A DNA stretch of 64,000 bases from an uncultured Bacilli bacterium. GTDB lineage: Bacteria; Bacillota_I; Bacilli_A; RF39; UBA660. The stretch lies in contig CALVOU010000002.1 in NCBI GenBank assembly GCA_944350365.1, forward strand, positions 7,290 to 71,289. The letters run 5' to 3'. The notes beneath the pieces were generated by a model, which saw only the letters and a list, made by a program, of their open reading frames with translations, was not told the DNA's origin and searched no databases. This document shows positions 15,759 to 25,767 of the stretch, in pieces. Position numbers and translations under genes: made by a program. Numbering within the stretch: the stretch's first letter is position 1; the number at the start of each line of letters is the position of its first letter.

Positions 15759-18572
15759 ATGGATCAAATCATCATAAAAGGAGCCCGTGAAAATAATCTA
15801 AAAAACGTGGATTTAACGTTACCTAAAAATAAATTAATTGTTATGACTGGAGTATCTGGAAGTGGAAAAAGTTCTCTTGCTTTTGATACCATTTATGCCG
15901 AAGGACAAAGAAGATATGTGGAAAGTTTATCCGCATATGCTAGACAATTTTTAGGAGGAACTGAAAAACCAGATGTCGATTCAATAGAAGGTTTGTCTCC
16001 ATCAATTAGTATCGATCAGAAAACAACAAGTAAGAACCCTCGTTCAACTGTAGGGACAGTAACGGAAATATATGATTACTTACGTCTTTTATTTGCGAGA
16101 ATAGGAACCCCTTATTGCCCAGAACATCATGTACCTATTTCTTCCCAAAGCATTGAAGAAATGGTCAATAAGATCATGGAACGACCAATGGGTACGAGAT
16201 TAATTATCATGGCACCAGTTGTACATGGCGAAAAAGGAACACATAAAGATTTATTAGATGACTTACGAAAAGATGGCTACGTACGAGTAAGAATAAATGG
16301 TGAAACCTACGACTTAGGAGAAGAAATCAACCTAGAGAAAAATAAAAAATCAGATATCGATGTTGTTGTCGATCGCATTGTTTTAAAAGAAGATAGTAGA
16401 AGTCGTTTAATGGAATCTTTAGAAGTAGCGACTAAACTTTCTCATGGAAAAGTAGTCGTTGACTTTATGGGAGATAAAGAAGTAGTCTTCTCTGAAAATT
16501 TTGCTTGCCCATACTGTGATTTTTCGTTACCAGAATTAGAACCTAGAATGTTTAGTTTCAACGCCCCTTTTGGAGCTTGTCCAGATTGTAAGGGATTAGG
16601 AATTAAACTAAAGATGGATCCAGAGCTAGTTGTTCCAGATGGTAGTAAAAGCTTAAATAATGGCGCAATTAAAACATTAACTGATGATCCAGAAGCATTA
16701 GATTTTAAACGTTTAGAATGCTTATGTAAACACTATAAGATCGATATGAATAAAAGCTTTTCTAAATTAACCAAAAAAGAACAAAATTATATTTTGTATG
16801 GCAGTGATGAATTAATCCATTTTAATTATCGTTCAAAAAGTGGCAATCTCTATAATCAAAAAGATTATTATGAGGGAATCATTAATAATTTAGAAAGAAG
16901 ATATATGGAAACCAACAGTGAATGGATTAGAGAATGGTTAGAAAATTATATGATTGAAACAGAATGTGAAACTTGTCATGGTAGTCGTCTACAAGATAGC
17001 GTTTTATCTGTTTTAGTTGGGGGAAAAAACATATACGAAGTCACTTGTATGAGTATTAAACAACTAGTCGAGTTCTTCCAAAATTTAAAACTTACCCCAT
17101 CCCAACAAGAAATATCTAATCTTTTAATTAAAGAAATTTCTTCTAGACTTTCTTTCTTAAAGAATGTAGGCTTAGAGTATTTGACCCTTAGTCGTTCAGC
17201 AGGAACACTATCAGGTGGGGAAGCACAGAGAATTCGTTTGGCTACACAGATTGGTTCCAAATTAACCGGAGTACTTTATGTTTTAGATGAACCAAGTATT
17301 GGTCTTCACCAACGAGATAACGAAAAATTAATTCAATCCCTATTAGAAATGAGAGACTTAGGAAATACCTTAATCGTCGTTGAACATGATACTGATACGA
17401 TGTTAGCTAGTGATTATTTGGTCGATGTTGGACCTAAAGCTGGATCAGAAGGTGGCTATATTGTAGCGGCAGGTACGCCAGAAGAAGTAATGAAAAATGA
17501 AAATAGTATAACCGGTCGTTATCTTTCTGGAAAAGAAAAGATCGAGGTACCAAAGACAAGGCGAAAAGGAAATAAAAAATATATCGAAATTAAGGGAGCA
17601 AGTGAAAACAACTTAAAAAATATTGATGTGAAAATCCCACTTGGTACCTTAACTTGTGTAACTGGAGTATCAGGAAGCGGAAAAAGTACACTGATTAATC
17701 AAATATTATGCCGAGCAGCCTATGCCAAAGTGTATAAGAGTAAAGACAAACCAGGTAAGCATAAAAAAATATCAGGTCTAGAAAATATCGATAAAGTAAT
17801 CGAAATATCTCAAAACCCTATCGGTAGAACACCACGTAGTAATCCGGCTACTTATACTGGTGTCTTCGATGAGATTCGTGATTTGTTTACCAATACCAAA
17901 GAAGCGAAAATGGCTGGTTTTGAGAAAAATCGCTTTTCCTTCAATGTTAAAGGTGGCCGTTGTGAAGCTTGTCGTGGCGATGGAGTAAAGAAAATCGAGA
18001 TGCATTTCTTACCAGATGTCTATATCCCATGCGAAGTTTGTCATGGAACAAGATACAATAGCGAAACCTTAAGAATTAAATACAAAAATAAAAATATCGC
18101 TGAAGTTTTAGATATGCGTGTGTCTGAAGCTTTAGAGTTTTTCGAAAACGTTCCAAAAATAAAAAATAAATTGCAAGTTCTAGAAGATGTTGGAATTGGA
18201 TATATTAAATTAGGACAGAGCGCAACTACCTTATCAGGTGGAGAAGCTGGTAGAGTAAAACTAGCTAAAGAATTACAGAAGAAACCAACCGGTAAAGCAC
18301 TTTACATTCTAGATGAACCAACAACTGGATTACACTCGGCAGATATCAAAAGATTACTTGCAATATTTAATAAAATAGTAGATAATAAAGATACCGTAGT
18401 AATCATCGAACACAATCTAGATGTAATCAAATGTGCAGACTACATCATTGATTTAGGACCAAATGGTGGCGATAACGGTGGAGAAGTCGTCGCAACAGGA
18501 ACTCCAGAAGAAATTGCCAAAGTAGAAGCGTCTGCCACAGGAGAATTCTTAAAGAAAATATTAGATAACTAG
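15759..18572 (+). CDS. uvrA: Excinuclease ABC subunit A
   Basis: The 937-aa protein has two ABC modules (GVSGSGKSSL, GVSGSGKSTL), zinc-finger Cys pairs and the LSGGEAQR signatures. Confidence 0.95.
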   Translation: MDQIIIKGARENNLKNVDLTLPKNKLIVMTGVSGSGKSSLAFDTIYAEGQRRYVESLSAYARQFLGGTEKPDVDSIEGLSPSISIDQKTTSKNPRSTVGTVTEIYDYLRLLFARIGTPYCPEHHVPISSQSIEEMVNKIMERPMGTRLIIMAPVVHGEKGTHKDLLDDLRKDGYVRVRINGETYDLGEEINLEKNKKSDIDVVVDRIVLKEDSRSRLMESLEVATKLSHGKVVVDFMGDKEVVFSENFACPYCDFSLPELEPRMFSFNAPFGACPDCKGLGIKLKMDPELVVPDGSKSLNNGAIKTLTDDPEALDFKRLECLCKHYKIDMNKSFSKLTKKEQNYILYGSDELIHFNYRSKSGNLYNQKDYYEGIINNLERRYMETNSEWIREWLENYMIETECETCHGSRLQDSVLSVLVGGKNIYEVTCMSIKQLVEFFQNLKLTPSQQEISNLLIKEISSRLSFLKNVGLEYLTLSRSAGTLSGGEAQRIRLATQIGSKLTGVLYVLDEPSIGLHQRDNEKLIQSLLEMRDLGNTLIVVEHDTDTMLASDYLVDVGPKAGSEGGYIVAAGTPEEVMKNENSITGRYLSGKEKIEVPKTRRKGNKKYIEIKGASENNLKNIDVKIPLGTLTCVTGVSGSGKSTLINQILCRAAYAKVYKSKDKPGKHKKISGLENIDKVIEISQNPIGRTPRSNPATYTGVFDEIRDLFTNTKEAKMAGFEKNRFSFNVKGGRCEACRGDGVKKIEMHFLPDVYIPCEVCHGTRYNSETLRIKYKNKNIAEVLDMRVSEALEFFENVPKIKNKLQVLEDVGIGYIKLGQSATTLSGGEAGRVKLAKELQKKPTGKALYILDEPTTGLHSADIKRLLAIFNKIVDNKDTVVIIEHNLDVIKCADYIIDLGPNGGDNGGEVVATGTPEEIAKVEASATGEFLKKILDN

Positions 18573-18580
18573 GTGATAAA

Positions 18581-19000
18581 ATGGATAAAAAAAGAACTAG
18601 ACGGAATTTAGAGAACTTAATAGAATGGGTACTTCAAATAGTAGGTTATGCTCTGATACTAGTATTTGTAGCTACCTTTTTTGATACGTTTTATATCGAT
18701 GATAATCATTTATATCTATATGGGTTTACTGCTACATTGATTATTTTCTTCCTGAATAAGACGATCAAACCAATTCTCTTTTTCTTAACTATTCCTATCA
18801 CAGGAATTACAATAGGGATTTTTTATCCATGTATTAACCTATTTATCTTAAAATTAACTGATTGGATACTACGCGAACACTTTCAAATAAAAAACATATT
18901 TATTGCTTTTCTACTGGCAATTTTAATTTCGGTGATGAACCAGCTGGTAGAAAATATCATTACTAAACCAATAATGAGGAGAATAAAGAAAAATGGATAG
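18581..19000 (+). CDS. Small 4-TM membrane protein (YvlD/DUF360 phage-holin-4-like family)
   Basis: The 139-aa protein has four hydrophobic segments and overlaps the lgt start. Confidence 0.5.
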   Translation: MDKKRTRRNLENLIEWVLQIVGYALILVFVATFFDTFYIDDNHLYLYGFTATLIIFFLNKTIKPILFFLTIPITGITIGIFYPCINLFILKLTDWILREHFQIKNIFIAFLLAILISVMNQLVENIITKPIMRRIKKNG

Positions 19001-19805
19001 AATTGCGTTAGACTTAGGATTTATTCAAATATATTGGTATTCACTATTTATCTTTTTTGGAATATTAGTAGCTACATTCGTTATTTTAAAAGAATGTAAG
19101 CACCAAAATATCAATGAAGATTTTATTGTGAATCTAATATTTTATACTGTTATCTTTGGATTGATCGGAGCACGTCTATATTATGTTTGTTTTAATTTAG
19201 ACTATTATTTAAAATATCCACTTGAGATTCTGGAAATATGGAATGGGGGACTAGCCATTCACGGTGGGATTATTGCTGGACTTCTCTGTATATTTATCTA
19301 CTGTAAAAAGTACAATGCGAAATTATTAAAACTATTAGATATCGTTGTTGTAGGTCTGATCATTGGACAGGCTATTGGACGTTGGGGAAATTTCTTTAAC
19401 CAAGAAGCTTATGGAGCGATTACTACTTTAGAAAATCTACAAAAACTAGGTATTCCTGATTTCATTATCGATGGGATGTATATTGGTGGTGCTTACAGAC
19501 AACCGGCCTTCCTCTATGAATCGATTTGGTGTCTAGCTGGATTCATTGCCTTACTGATTGTTAGACATTACCGTTACTTGAAGACGGGACAATTAACCGG
19601 TGTTTATTTAATTTGGTATTCTGTAGGTAGATTTTTTATCGAAGGTATGCGAACAGATAGCTTGATGCTTGGCAGTTTAAAAATGGCCCAAGTGATATCA
19701 ATCGTGGGAATTATCATAGGTGTCATGATGTTAATACTATGTCGCAAAGGCTCACGCTTTGATAACTTATATAAAGAAGCCGAAAAGAAAGAAATAACCT
19801 TTTAA
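18993..19805 (+). CDS. lgt: Prolipoprotein diacylglyceryl transferase
   Basis: Lgt signature GLIGARLYYV, multi-pass membrane protein, 270 aa. Confidence 0.85.
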   Translation: MDRIALDLGFIQIYWYSLFIFFGILVATFVILKECKHQNINEDFIVNLIFYTVIFGLIGARLYYVCFNLDYYLKYPLEILEIWNGGLAIHGGIIAGLLCIFIYCKKYNAKLLKLLDIVVVGLIIGQAIGRWGNFFNQEAYGAITTLENLQKLGIPDFIIDGMYIGGAYRQPAFLYESIWCLAGFIALLIVRHYRYLKTGQLTGVYLIWYSVGRFFIEGMRTDSLMLGSLKMAQVISIVGIIIGVMMLILCRKGSRFDNLYKEAEKKEITF

Positions 19806-19823
19806 CAGAAAGAGGGAATGTAG

Positions 19824-20726
19824 ATGAATAAACAATATCATACAATTATTATTGGAGCGGGGGTAGCAGGAATGACTGCCGCCCTTTATTTAAAAAGAGC
19901 AGGAATCAATGTTTTATTAATTGAAAAAGAAGCTCCAGGTGGTCAAGTGATTAAGACTGCCAAAATTGAAAATTATCCTGGTATCGTAGAAATTGAAGGA
20001 CCAGAACTTGCGATGAAAATGTACGAACAAGTAACGAAGTTAGAAGTACCTTTTCTTTTTGAAGAAGTAAAAATAGTAGAAAAAAATCAAGAGAAAATTA
20101 CGGTAACTACTTCTAATGAACAATTAAGTTGTCAAAACCTAGTCATCGCAACAGGCCGCGAGCCTCGTAAATTAGGCATCGAAAATGAAGAAAAACTAAC
20201 TGGTAAAGGAATAAGCTGGTGTGCCATTTGTGATGGACCATTATATCGGAATAAAGATGTAGCGGTTATCGGTGGTGGTAGAGCTGCAGTTGAGGAAGCA
20301 ATTTATCTATCCAAATTATGTAATAAAGTAACATTAATTCATAGAAAAAACAGTTTTAGAGCCGAAGAACCATTAGTTGACGACTTAAAATCACGTTCTA
20401 ATATTGAAGTGATTACCCCAGATACTGTAGTTAAATTTGTCCCTAAAGAGGGAAAACTAGACAAGTTAGTATTAGAAAGTGGTAGAGAATTAACTGTCGA
20501 CGGATGTTTTGAATTCATCGGTCAAGTACCAATGACAGAAATTTTTCGTCCGTTAGGAATTGTTAATCCTGTCACAAATTACATTGAAGTAGATGAGAAT
20601 TTACAAACAGCTATCCCGAATATCTATGCTTGTGGGGATTGCTTGGATAAAGACCTATATCAAATCGTAACGGCCTGCAGTGAGGGAGCAATCGTTGCTG
20701 ATCATATCTTAAAAGAAGATAATTAA
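19824..20726 (+). CDS. trxB: Thioredoxin-disulfide reductase
   Basis: FAD-binding site IIGAGVAG, redox-active site CAICDG, NADPH-binding site VIGGGRAAVEEA; 300 aa. Confidence 0.8.
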   Translation: MNKQYHTIIIGAGVAGMTAALYLKRAGINVLLIEKEAPGGQVIKTAKIENYPGIVEIEGPELAMKMYEQVTKLEVPFLFEEVKIVEKNQEKITVTTSNEQLSCQNLVIATGREPRKLGIENEEKLTGKGISWCAICDGPLYRNKDVAVIGGGRAAVEEAIYLSKLCNKVTLIHRKNSFRAEEPLVDDLKSRSNIEVITPDTVVKFVPKEGKLDKLVLESGRELTVDGCFEFIGQVPMTEIFRPLGIVNPVTNYIEVDENLQTAIPNIYACGDCLDKDLYQIVTACSEGAIVADHILKEDN

Positions 20727-20785
20727 ATAAAAGCCAATAAACTTTTTAAAATAATGTTATAATAAAGATAGAAAGGAAGGATAAT

Positions 20786-21349
20786 ATGTCAAAGAAAACG
20801 ACGATAATTGTAGCTGTAGTTGCCGTTATTGCAGTAATTGCTTTGATGGTAATTAGTGGTTATAATTCTTTAGTAAGTAAAGAAGAAAGTGTGGATACCG
20901 CATATTCCAATGTATCCGTTATGCTAGAAAGAAGAGCAGATTTAATTCCTAATCTTGTAAATACAGTAAAAGGCTATATGGAGCACGAAACGGAAGTCAT
21001 CGAAAATATCACAACTGCTCGTGAGAATTTACTAGGTGCTAAAAACATCGATGAACAAATGGAAGCAAACGACCAGTTGACAGCTTCTTTAGATGCTCTA
21101 ATGGTAGTTGTTGAAAACTATCCAGACCTCAAAGCTAGTGAAAACTTCATTCAATTATCTGATGAATTAGCTGGAACAGAAAATAGAATTTCTACAGCTA
21201 GAAAAGACTATAACGACGAAGTAAAATCTTATAATACCGCAATCAAGAAATTCCCAACCAACATCTTAGCTAGTATGTTTGGCTTTGAACAAAAAGAATA
21301 CTTTGAAGCCAAAGAATCCGCAACTGAAGTTCCAGAAGTAGAGTTTTAA
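20786..21349 (+). CDS. lemA: LemA family protein
   Basis: N-terminal TM and LemA core (YNSLVSKEESVDTAYSNVSVMLERRADLIPNLV). Confidence 0.8.
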   Translation: MSKKTTIIVAVVAVIAVIALMVISGYNSLVSKEESVDTAYSNVSVMLERRADLIPNLVNTVKGYMEHETEVIENITTARENLLGAKNIDEQMEANDQLTASLDALMVVVENYPDLKASENFIQLSDELAGTENRISTARKDYNDEVKSYNTAIKKFPTNILASMFGFEQKEYFEAKESATEVPEVEF

Positions 21350-21351
21350 AT

Positions 21352-22080
21352 ATGAAAAAGGAACTACTAGTTTGTTTGTTAGTTTCTTTTCTTCTCTTTC
21401 CCAGCCATGTTTGGGCACTAGTTTCGCCAACAGAAGAATTCTATGTTAATGATTATGCCAATATTCTGTCAACTGAAACGGAAAATTATATTGTATCTAA
21501 ATCACAAAATCTAGAAAAACAAACAGGGGCGCAGATTGTTGTAGTAACCGTAGAAAATCTTGAAGGAGAAGATCTAGAATCCTATGCGACTGCATTGTTT
21601 AGAGAGTTTGGAATCGGGGATGAAGAAGAAGATAATGGTTTACTTTTATTGCTTGCCTTAGAAGAAAGAGAAAGCCGTGTTGAAGTAGGCTATGGGTTAG
21701 AAGGAATTCTGCCCGATGGAAAAACCGGTCGCTTTCAAGACCAATACATGATTCCTTATTTCAAAGACGATAATTTTGATGAAGGTATGTTAAATGGCTA
21801 TAAAGCATTCTATCAAGAGCTGGCCAACTATTATCAGATTACAGATTTAGATGAAGGAGATGCTCCTGTTGAAAAAGAAGAAACCACTCTAGGTGGCGGA
21901 ATCATTTTCTTCCAGATTATCTTTATCTTATTTATGATTTTCATTGTTAGTCGAGGAGGATTTTTCTTCATTGGCCCGGGCGGTTTCGGCGGTAGAGGGT
22001 CTTCCTTTGGCGGTGGAGGCTTTGGTGGCTTCGGCGGAGGTGGTTCCTCTGGTGGTGGTGGAAGTTCTAGAGGATTCTAA
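21352..22080 (+). CDS. TPM-domain (YgcG-like) protein with Gly-rich C-terminal tail
   Basis: A signal peptide, the TPM_phosphatase core, a TM segment and a GGFGG repeat tail. It sits immediately downstream of lemA, the classical lemA-TPM pair. Confidence 0.75.
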   Translation: MKKELLVCLLVSFLLFPSHVWALVSPTEEFYVNDYANILSTETENYIVSKSQNLEKQTGAQIVVVTVENLEGEDLESYATALFREFGIGDEEEDNGLLLLLALEERESRVEVGYGLEGILPDGKTGRFQDQYMIPYFKDDNFDEGMLNGYKAFYQELANYYQITDLDEGDAPVEKEETTLGGGIIFFQIIFILFMIFIVSRGGFFFIGPGGFGGRGSSFGGGGFGGFGGGGSSGGGGSSRGF

Positions 22081-22088
22081 CCAAAAAT

Positions 22089-22127
22089 AAAAAAAACAAA
22101 AAGGTGCTATGACAAACAGCACCTTTT
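22089..22127. terminator. Bidirectional terminator AAGGTGCT-9 nt-AGCACCTT flanked by an A-run (5' side) and a short T-run (3' side)
   Basis: It lies between the convergent TPM gene and the minus-strand ORF at 22135-22782. The U-tract is better for the minus-strand transcript. Confidence 0.55.
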
Positions 22128-22134
22128 AAAAAAC

Positions 22135-22782
22135 TTAAAACTTGTTTCCTTTTTCTTGCTCCAAGATATCCCCATAAAAACAATCTGGGCAATGTTTAAT
22201 CCGGTAATCATTAGCTAAGAATATTTTTGTGTACTCGCTTTTTTCTCCCTTATGGAAAGCATCAAACTTAGTTAAACCGATCAAAAAAATATTTATCGTT
22301 TCCATATTTTTCTTCAAAAATCTTTCTTTTAGAAACGAGTTGTCAGTAGGCATATATCGACAACAAGTAAGATCATTAAAAACCATCGTATCGGCAGTAA
22401 ACAAATAATTATAAAATATATCTTCTAAGATAAACCCTTGTTCACTTAATGTTTCGATATCTGCTTTAATTTCTTGATAAGGAATATTTTCCGTTTGGAT
22501 ATCTTTCTCCTCTACAAATTCCTCAGTATAACCGACAATTTCCTTATCTTGGACAATCACATCTTTAGGAGTCAAAAAGCAATTAAGCGTAAGTTCCGAT
22601 AGAGTAATTAAGCCTTGATCAGAAATCCGGGGTAGAGTCGTTTTTCGTTCTCGATGAAATAGCTTAATGACTTTATCCTGATAGCGATAAACTTCTACTT
22701 CTTTGCCATTGCCAAGCCGATTAGTAGGATCACAAAACATTTTAATTGTATCATATTCGAGTATAGCCATCTTCCTCACCAA
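22135..22782 (-). CDS. Hypothetical protein with protein-kinase-like N-lobe features
   Basis: A glycine-rich segment GNGKEVEVYRY is followed by VIKLF (VAIK-like lysine). No canonical HRD/DFG motifs were seen. Confidence 0.4.
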   Translation of the reverse strand: MVRKMAILEYDTIKMFCDPTNRLGNGKEVEVYRYQDKVIKLFHRERKTTLPRISDQGLITLSELTLNCFLTPKDVIVQDKEIVGYTEEFVEEKDIQTENIPYQEIKADIETLSEQGFILEDIFYNYLFTADTMVFNDLTCCRYMPTDNSFLKERFLKKNMETINIFLIGLTKFDAFHKGEKSEYTKIFLANDYRIKHCPDCFYGDILEQEKGNKF

Positions 22783-22901
22783 CTAAAGTATATCATGAAA
22801 ATGGGGATAATGAAGAAAAGCGTTGAAAATATTTACCCACTTTTTTCTTATCACAAGTGAAATTTACGAAAAATACTGTATAATATTAATTAGGTGATGA
22901 C

Positions 22902-23846
22902 ATGAAGAAAAAGATAGTTGTACTCGGTGGTGGGACAGGAATGTCACATTTACTAAGTGGATTAAAAGATTTTCCCGTTCAAATTAGTGCAATTATTACT
23001 GTTGCGGATAATGGTAAATCAACAGGAAAGTTACGTGAAGAATTCTTAACCCCCGCAGTGGGAGATATTCGTAAAGTACTAACCAATTTGTCGCCTTTAC
23101 CTGATGAAGTCAAAAGTGTGATGGAGTATCGCTTTACTACTTATAGTGATCTAAATGGTCACCCGATTGGAAACTTAATTTTAACCGCTTTACTCAATCA
23201 AAAACATGATTTAAAAAAGAGTATCGATTGTCTAAGTAAACTATTAGATGTGAAACATCAAGTACTACCGCTTTCTGAAGACTATTTAACATTAATGGCG
23301 GATACAATAGATGGCGAAACAATATCTGGTCAAGCCCAAATTATGAAATCGTATAAAAAGTTCAAAAAAATATATTATAAAGAAACACCACATGTTAGAC
23401 GTGATGTCTTACAGGCTATCCATGAAGCTGATTTGATTGTACTCAGTATGGGAAGTCTTTATACGAGTATTATTCCGCATTTAATTTGTAAAGAAGTGAT
23501 TAAAGCAATCGATAAAAGTAGCGCTCCTATCCTGTATATTTGTAATTTGATGAATCAACCAGGTGAGACGGACGATAACCGCGTTAGTGACTATTTAAAT
23601 ACACTAAATGGATATTTAGGAAAAAGAAAGATTAATGCGGTAATTGCCAGTAATACCCCAATTTCTGAGAGTATGGTAGCAAAATATGAAAAAGAGTTTA
23701 AAGAACAAGTAGAAATTGATCAGGAAAATATTGAAAAATTAAACGTCGAATTGTTGAGTTCTGATCTAGTTACTTTAGAAGACGGAACCATTAAACATAA
23801 CGGCCTAAAGTTAGGCTCACTTATTTTTTCTTACATAATGAGGTGA
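22902..23846 (+). CDS. yvcK: Gluconeogenesis factor YvcK (CofD-like, UPF0052)
   Basis: VVLGGGTG... family signature and conserved position directly upstream of whiA. Confidence 0.85.
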   Translation: MKKKIVVLGGGTGMSHLLSGLKDFPVQISAIITVADNGKSTGKLREEFLTPAVGDIRKVLTNLSPLPDEVKSVMEYRFTTYSDLNGHPIGNLILTALLNQKHDLKKSIDCLSKLLDVKHQVLPLSEDYLTLMADTIDGETISGQAQIMKSYKKFKKIYYKETPHVRRDVLQAIHEADLIVLSMGSLYTSIIPHLICKEVIKAIDKSSAPILYICNLMNQPGETDDNRVSDYLNTLNGYLGKRKINAVIASNTPISESMVAKYEKEFKEQVEIDQENIEKLNVELLSSDLVTLEDGTIKHNGLKLGSLIFSYIMR

Positions 23847-23850
23847 TAAT

Positions 23851-24783
23851 ATGTCTTTCACAACAACAATTAAAGAAGAAATTTCCAGAATTGATAACAC
23901 CAAGTCTGAAAGTATCGCAGAGTTATCTGGCTTCATGCGAAATAATGGAAGCTATAGTGATACGACAATTGACCTTGTCTCTGAAAATGCGACTGTGGTA
24001 AAACGCGTATATAAATTATGCAAAGATCTCTACGACATTACTTGTGAAATAGAAACTAGAAAAGGAAATAACTTCAGTAAAAATAATCTTTATTTAATTA
24101 TGATCGACGATAAAGTAGACTTTATTCTAAAAGATCTATCTGTCATAGATGAAAACGGAGAATATTTACCGCAACCAGCTAGCTATATTGCGGATTCAGA
24201 AGCAGAAATTAGAGCTTATTTAAGAGGAAGTTTTTTAACCAAAGGAAGTATCAACGATCCCAAAACATCTAGGTACCATTTAGAATTCTTAATCGATGAA
24301 AGAGAAGAAGCAGAGTTTATTCAAAAACTATTAAACAATTTTTCCCTCAACAGTAAAATACTAAGTAGAGAGAAAGGCTACATGGTATACATTAAAGAAG
24401 CTGAAAAAATAGGCGATTTCTTACGAATCATCAGTGCTTTTAATGCAGTATTATACTATGAAGATATCAGAATCTATCGCGATCACAAAAATATGACAAA
24501 TCGCTTAAATAATTGTGAACAAGCTAATATCGATAAAATCGTGGAAACCGCAACTAAACAACTAGAAGATATTCGTTATTTAAAAGAAAATCTAGGAATT
24601 GAATTATTAGATGACAAAACTAAAGAAATTATCGAATATCGAGAAAAGTATCCTGAGGCATCCCTTCTAGAGTTAAGTGAAATCATCTCTTATGAAACAG
24701 GGAAATCAATTACTAAATCTGGTTTAAATCATCGGTTTAGAAAAATAAGAGAATTAGCCGAAAAAATGAGAAAACAAGAGTGA
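23851..24783 (+). CDS. whiA: DNA-binding protein WhiA
   Basis: The 310-aa protein has a LAGLIDADG-like N-terminal domain and a C-terminal HTH. It is coupled to yvcK. Confidence 0.9.
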   Translation: MSFTTTIKEEISRIDNTKSESIAELSGFMRNNGSYSDTTIDLVSENATVVKRVYKLCKDLYDITCEIETRKGNNFSKNNLYLIMIDDKVDFILKDLSVIDENGEYLPQPASYIADSEAEIRAYLRGSFLTKGSINDPKTSRYHLEFLIDEREEAEFIQKLLNNFSLNSKILSREKGYMVYIKEAEKIGDFLRIISAFNAVLYYEDIRIYRDHKNMTNRLNNCEQANIDKIVETATKQLEDIRYLKENLGIELLDDKTKEIIEYREKYPEASLLELSEIISYETGKSITKSGLNHRFRKIRELAEKMRKQE

Positions 24784-24830
24784 ATATTTGAAAATAATTA
24801 GAGTGATTGAATTAAGGTGGTGTATGAACA

Positions 24831-25748
24831 ATGACGAATGAAGAAATTGACTTAGAAATTGAGAAATATATGAATAGTGGACAGTATAAAGTAGTAGATT
24901 TAAGTATCTTTGAGGTTTTAGAACATCTTACATTTGAAGAAGGAATCCTAGAACAATGTAAAGATACTTTAGAAAAATACAAGGAGTATGTTCAAAAATT
25001 AATGGAATTATCAGAAGAAGAACGTACTATTTTTTTACAGGCAATTAAAAGTGCCGAAATTGTAGATAATCAAAAATTGGAAAAAGAAAATTCCTTTCTA
25101 ATTGGACTATATATGCAAACTCAGAAATTAAATGCGATAGATTATCTTTTATCGGTTGATTCACCATTAACGAAAGAAAATGTGAAAATAAGTAACCAAC
25201 TTATTCTTCAAGGAACTTCTCATGAAAAATATGCTAGTGGTGAATATCGACAAAATAATCGTAAATTTGTAGGAAAATGGAATATAGATGGAAGTAGGGA
25301 TATTAAATATTTTCCTCTTCCTTATCCAGAGATTGACCAGGCGATGGAAAAACTATTAGCCTATTATAATCAAGAAACTGTAAATGAAATAGATATTTTA
25401 TTGAAACCACTTATTGTTCATGGACTAATCGCAGCTCTTCAGATGTTTGAAGATGGAAATACGAGATTGGGAAGAGTCATCCAAAGCATTGAATTGTGGC
25501 ACTTAAGCAACCAATTTTTAGAGACCAAATTACCTCAACCAGCTTTATATATGAGTAGATCTTACTACCCATTCCGTGAACAGTATCGTGAAAAGATTAC
25601 GAATATTGTAGTAGAAAATAATCAGGAAGTTTGGAATAATTGGCTTCATTTTAATCTAAATCGTATAGAAGATCAAATTCAGTTTAATGAATACAATCTA
25701 GAACAATACCGTACTAGACTAAACTATGAACACGCCAAAAAAAGATAA
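24831..25748 (+). CDS. Fic/Fido-domain protein with a non-canonical motif (His replaced by Gln)
   Basis: QMFEDGNTRLGR aligns to the Fic motif HPFx[DE]GNGRxxR, with H to Q and the second G to T. The motif spans about 25440-25475. Confidence 0.6.
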   Translation: MTNEEIDLEIEKYMNSGQYKVVDLSIFEVLEHLTFEEGILEQCKDTLEKYKEYVQKLMELSEEERTIFLQAIKSAEIVDNQKLEKENSFLIGLYMQTQKLNAIDYLLSVDSPLTKENVKISNQLILQGTSHEKYASGEYRQNNRKFVGKWNIDGSRDIKYFPLPYPEIDQAMEKLLAYYNQETVNEIDILLKPLIVHGLIAALQMFEDGNTRLGRVIQSIELWHLSNQFLETKLPQPALYMSRSYYPFREQYREKITNIVVENNQEVWNNWLHFNLNRIEDQIQFNEYNLEQYRTRLNYEHAKKR

Positions 25749-25767
25749 GCGTTCTTGTACCCTTATC

